A DNA stretch of 64,000 nt, taken from NCBI GenBank assembly GCA_043228905.1, contig JBHGNT010000002.1, forward strand, positions 20,336,001 to 20,400,000, read 5' to 3'. Source of the DNA: Azolla caroliniana (taxonomy: Eukaryota; Plantae; Polypodiophyta). Below the pieces are notes generated by a model. The model saw only the letters and a list, made by a program, of their open reading frames with translations. It was not told where the DNA came from and searched no databases. This document shows positions 61,345-64,000 of the stretch, piece by piece (the stretch's first letter is position 1; each line of letters opens with the position of its first letter). The position numbers and the translations under genes are program-made.

Positions 61345-64000
61345 ATGTCTTCTTCTACAAGTAGAACGTCTTTTTTTTCTATTGCCCCCTTTTCTTTGTC
61401 CAACAACTCGTATTTCTCAATAGAAGAGTACGATTAGAAGAGACATTCGAAAGGCTCCCGTAAAAAACAGAAAAGTGAGGCTCCTAGTACCTCGAATTCT
61501 CTTTTTTCAATTGATCCTGTTGATGGCCCTCTTCATGTAAGCTTAGAAACGGAGTCTGATACTTCTATAGATAACAGTAGTATTAGTAAACCACCTGTAT
61601 TTAAAAGAATCCCTCGACAAGTTAGTGAAAAACGATTTAATTTTGTATGTTCTCATCGTCAACTTCTTTGCGACTTCAACAAAACATGTTGTGCGAATCT
61701 TTGCCTTTCAACTTATGGAAAGTCGAGGTTACGTGAAACACGACAAAAATATTTGTTGCTTAATGGGGAAGAGCAAGACACATTTCTTCTTTCGCATATG
61801 CAGCTTAAAATGGATCACAACGCAGGGTCTAATTCTACGCAGGTTGAATATTTCCTTGGACTATATACTAAGTGTTGTCGAGCCGCTTTTAAAATTGCTC
61901 ATAGCATTGGAAATATGCGGCTACAACGAGTTCAAGAGCGTCTTCTGAAGGGATCGTGGATACCGTTGGATTGAAATGGTTCTAGATGTAAGGGTCAAAT
62001 TGGGCAACACGCAATTAGGTGGATGGAAGTATATTTTTCAAAACAGTGCGACATTATGCCTACGACAGGAAGACTACATTTTTCAGATAACTTTACTCGA
62101 AGGGAAGTTTACCAATCATACAAGGACGACATGTCAGTAGATGATGCACCTTACATAAAGTATAGACATTTTAATCAATTGTGGAGGTTACAATTTAACA
62201 ATGTGGTTATCCAACAAAAGGTACGAATGGGAGTCTGCTCAATATGTGCAAGTTTAAAAAGTATGGCCAAGGGTGGAAAATCAGATGTAGAGATAAGGAA
62301 TTACAAGAACCTATTAAAAGAACATCGTGAAAGTCAAGCATTGGAACGTTCTAAGGCTATGCATCACTGACAAAAAGTGCTTCAATATCCTGAAAAGTAT
62401 ATGTGCATGATTATTGATGGCATGGATCAAAAGAAGACTTGTTTGCCGCATTTCCAACGACTCCCAAAAGATATTGCAGATGAGTGCCTCGTGCAAATGC
62501 ATCTAGTAGGGTGTTTGACATATTGTCAAACAATAAGGCCACAAGTATTCTTAACTTATCCTAATATCCACAATGACCCTAATCTCACTGTCACTATCAT
62601 GCACAGAGTATTGCAATCATGGTCGGGCATAGTACCGCCAGTTCTATACGTGCAACTAGACAACACAGCAAGAGAGAATAAAAACTCAACGGTCTTCGGT
62701 TATCTAAGCATGCTAGCAGAGAGGGGCATATTTAAAAAGATAAAGGTCAACTTCTTATTAGTTGTTCATAACCCATGATCACATAGATCAAATGTTTAGT
62801 AGGTTCTCAAAGAAACTAGCTCGTTGTAATGCTTCCACGCTTACCACGCTATCAAAATTGATAAGTGAAGCATATACACCAAAGCCTAAAGTATATCACT
62901 TGAATGAAGTGTACGACTTTAAACGTTTCTGCATGGATGGTGATGGGACTAAATGTAGGGTGCTTGCACCTCTTAATAATATAAGTTTCAACCATGTCTT
63001 CCTCATAAAACAAACCTCAGCCCACCTCAAGATGACGGTGTTTATTGCAAAACAATACTCATCTAGTACACAATGGGAGCCCCAAGAAGGTTGTAGGCTC
63101 CTACTTCATATCCCTGATGCACCACTGCATGGTGCACAACAAATGCCATATGATGATCATAAAAATGTGGCACCCAATAGTTTTATTGATGAACAAAGGG
63201 CATATTGGTTGCGATGTCTTGAAGAGAAACAAAAGAATATTGATCGCACCAAGAAGTACGCTGGTGATGAGGATGTTGAATGGTGGGAGATCTTCTTCAC
63301 CCATCAATGCACCATTTTAGATAATTACATCGTCGGATTTTTGCCAATCCATAAGCCATTCACATGGAATATTGGGGTGCCATCAATGATATTGCCGACT
63401 CATCACCAACCATTGAATAATATAGAGCTTCATAATTTAGTTCAACCACTGCAAAGAGATATTTACGTGGGACCAAGAAAGTCACGTATTGTTGAGGCAA
63501 GATGGCAAGGTAATTTGCAAGAACTACAAGTTGGAATGTTGGTCGCAACATTAGTTGGGATCCATTTTGGATTGCAAAAATTATTGAATTAGTGAAGGAT
63601 GAAGAAGGCAATCAGACAAAGTCAATTGTGGTCCACTGGTATCAGACATTTGCACCTGATGCATTTACGGGAAAGTATTCTTTAGAGATGGTTAAGGATG
63701 TCGAATGTTCAAGCAGAAAGAGATGAAGAAAAAATATACCGAGCATAGCTACTCTCGCACTAGACCGTGTTGACATACTAGTATACGACTTCTCATTGAC
63801 AAAATCAGGCCATCTAAGACAAGCCACCATCAAGATAATAAAGGAGAAAATCCCAAATATGGTATCAAACAATATACAGAGACTAACCAGAAGCAATTCT
63901 CATAACCACAAAGATGTTGGCTTGGAATTGGACGAAGATAATGCATTGATTGCCACTGATGATGAGGATGAGACGTCAGAATGCTCTTCCAGTCCATCAG
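61345..64000 (+). pseudogene. DDE-type transposase, Sola-like, with stops and frameshifts; runs off window
   Basis: CSIC..L, MIIDGMDQKKT.LP, VLYVQLDNTARENKN, VNFLLV.(H)THDHIDQMFS across ORFs 62023-62370, 62377-62778, 62762-63592. Confidence 0.8.

Larger units (their letters stand above)
56517..64000. mobile_element. DNA transposon (right end outside window) with transposase and a cargo ParB-like/methyltransferase gene
   Basis: Gypsy gag stops abruptly at CACTGGGTCATTTG; two divergent degenerate genes follow; second terminus and TSD not visible. Confidence 0.6.

Overview
Eukaryotic, repeat-dense genomic DNA, most likely from a non-seed land plant (inferred from a dirigent gene and the TE lineages). 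Almost the whole window is nested transposons that can be delimited by LTR pairs and target-site duplications (TSDs). (1) An Athila-like Gypsy element (264-17032) has an extra 3' ORF and contains a tRNA-Trp-primed Gypsy (2782-9771). (2) Copia remnants, a solo LTR and a non-autonomous Copia (19229-22403). (3) One intact host gene, a secreted dirigent-like protein (23610-24161). (4) Two LINE 3' ends, one interrupted by an intact, very recent Copia (26286-31458). (5) A self-priming chromovirus (33142-50188) holds a second chromovirus, a Copia and two solo LTRs. (6) An L1 fragment and a truncated Trp-primed Gypsy. (7) From 56517 to the window end, a degenerate DNA transposon. This last element is the standout. 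It carries a Sola-like DDE transposase and, divergently, an intron-containing gene that fuses a ParB/Srx-like domain to a prokaryote-type beta-class N4C/N6A DNA methyltransferase. Four ~41-bp palindromes lie between the two genes. Other observations are tRNA-like Pol III A/B-box modules inside several LTR families and predicted -1 frameshift pseudoknots in two Gypsy lineages. All domain calls are by motif recognition; no database searches were run.
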